The position numbers were made by a program, and so were the translations under genes. A stretch of 64,000 nt of DNA, taken from positions 192,001 to 256,000 of the forward strand of contig CP000067.1 in NCBI GenBank assembly GCA_000002445.1, read 5' to 3'. Below the pieces are notes generated by a model. It worked only from the letters and a program-made list of their open reading frames with translations, did not search any database and was not told the DNA's origin. Of this stretch, positions 63,651 to 64,000 are shown piece after piece. Source of the stretch: Trypanosoma brucei. Its lineage: Eukaryota. Position 1 is the first letter of the stretch; each line of letters opens with the position of its first letter.

Positions 63651-64000
63651 AGTCTACTCCAAGTGAGAAACAGATGGGAGAAGTTACACGCGTGGGGGCA
63701 CGAGGTGCTTTCAGTGTCCGGCTTCTTTTCTTTTCTTCCTTTTTTCCCTATCTTGCCGTTGAAACGAGTAAGAGTGAAGTCATAATAATTTTTTTTATAG
63801 CGATAAGGAGAGGAAAGCTAGCAGCACTAATATCTGCAACGGGGAAGGGAATTGAAGGCCAAGTACGGAACATTTGCATGCACTCAAGGTTTAACACACG
63901 TAAAAACGGAAGGAACAGCAGCGGCAATTGAACGACATCGCATGATAGATGGTAACGTATGTTACCTCAACAAACGCACAGCACATGACAACACGATGGT

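Noticed and set aside
1-64000. Searched for tRNA (GGTTCGAATCC-type T-arm), rRNA, spliced-leader RNA gene, CRISPR repeats, and transposon/retroelement (ingi/SLACS/RT-like) ORFs
   Set aside because: No T-arm consensus or cloverleaf candidates, no direct-repeat/spacer arrays, and no RT/integrase-like ORFs were seen. The only tandem repeats are simple microsatellites and the short TTAGGN tract.

Overview
This 64 kb window looks like kinetoplastid (Trypanosoma-like) nuclear DNA. GC content is moderate, intergenic regions are rich in homopolymer and microsatellite runs, and genes have no introns. Every convincing gene lies on the minus strand, so the window is one uninterrupted polycistronic transcription unit read from high to low coordinates. 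Purine-rich stretches on the plus strand (polypyrimidine tracts on the minus strand) plus AG acceptor dinucleotides sit upstream of several ORFs, as expected for trans-splicing.

The supplied ORF track allows non-ATG starts (TTG/GTG shown as M). I reset each CDS start to the first in-frame ATG that I checked in the sequence.

Genes recognised from their protein sequence:
- an axonemal-type dynein heavy chain of about 13.8 kb with six AAA+ modules
- a TOR-family PIKK (FAT, FRB, PI3K-like kinase and FATC domains) carrying an inserted PDZ domain, the kinetoplastid TOR3/TOR-like-1 architecture
- a HECT E3 ubiquitin ligase with an internal ZZ zinc finger
- AP-1 gamma-adaptin
- Rab geranylgeranyltransferase beta subunit
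- an Ufm1-specific protease (UfSP, C78 family)
- NHP2 (H/ACA snoRNP)
- SmD3
- a TPR + DnaJ co-chaperone
- a PDK/BCKDK-type mitochondrial protein kinase
- an FCP1/NIF-type phosphatase
- a small Cx9C protein
- a GAF-domain protein cut off at the window edge
- a signal-peptide-bearing, heavily N-glycosylatable protein of 483 aa whose repeating strand pattern suggests a BPI/TULIP-like lipid-binding fold

Several further ORFs are conserved-looking hypotheticals. Two ORF-free regions of about 3.2 kb and 2 kb are rich in A/T, with microsatellites and a short degenerate telomere-like TTAGGN array.

I found no tRNA, rRNA, CRISPR array or transposon signature. The most interesting item I can support is the PDZ-containing TOR kinase with the uncharacterised secreted glycoprotein gene immediately 5' of it in the same polycistron. 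I cannot support a genuinely new multi-gene system from sequence alone.
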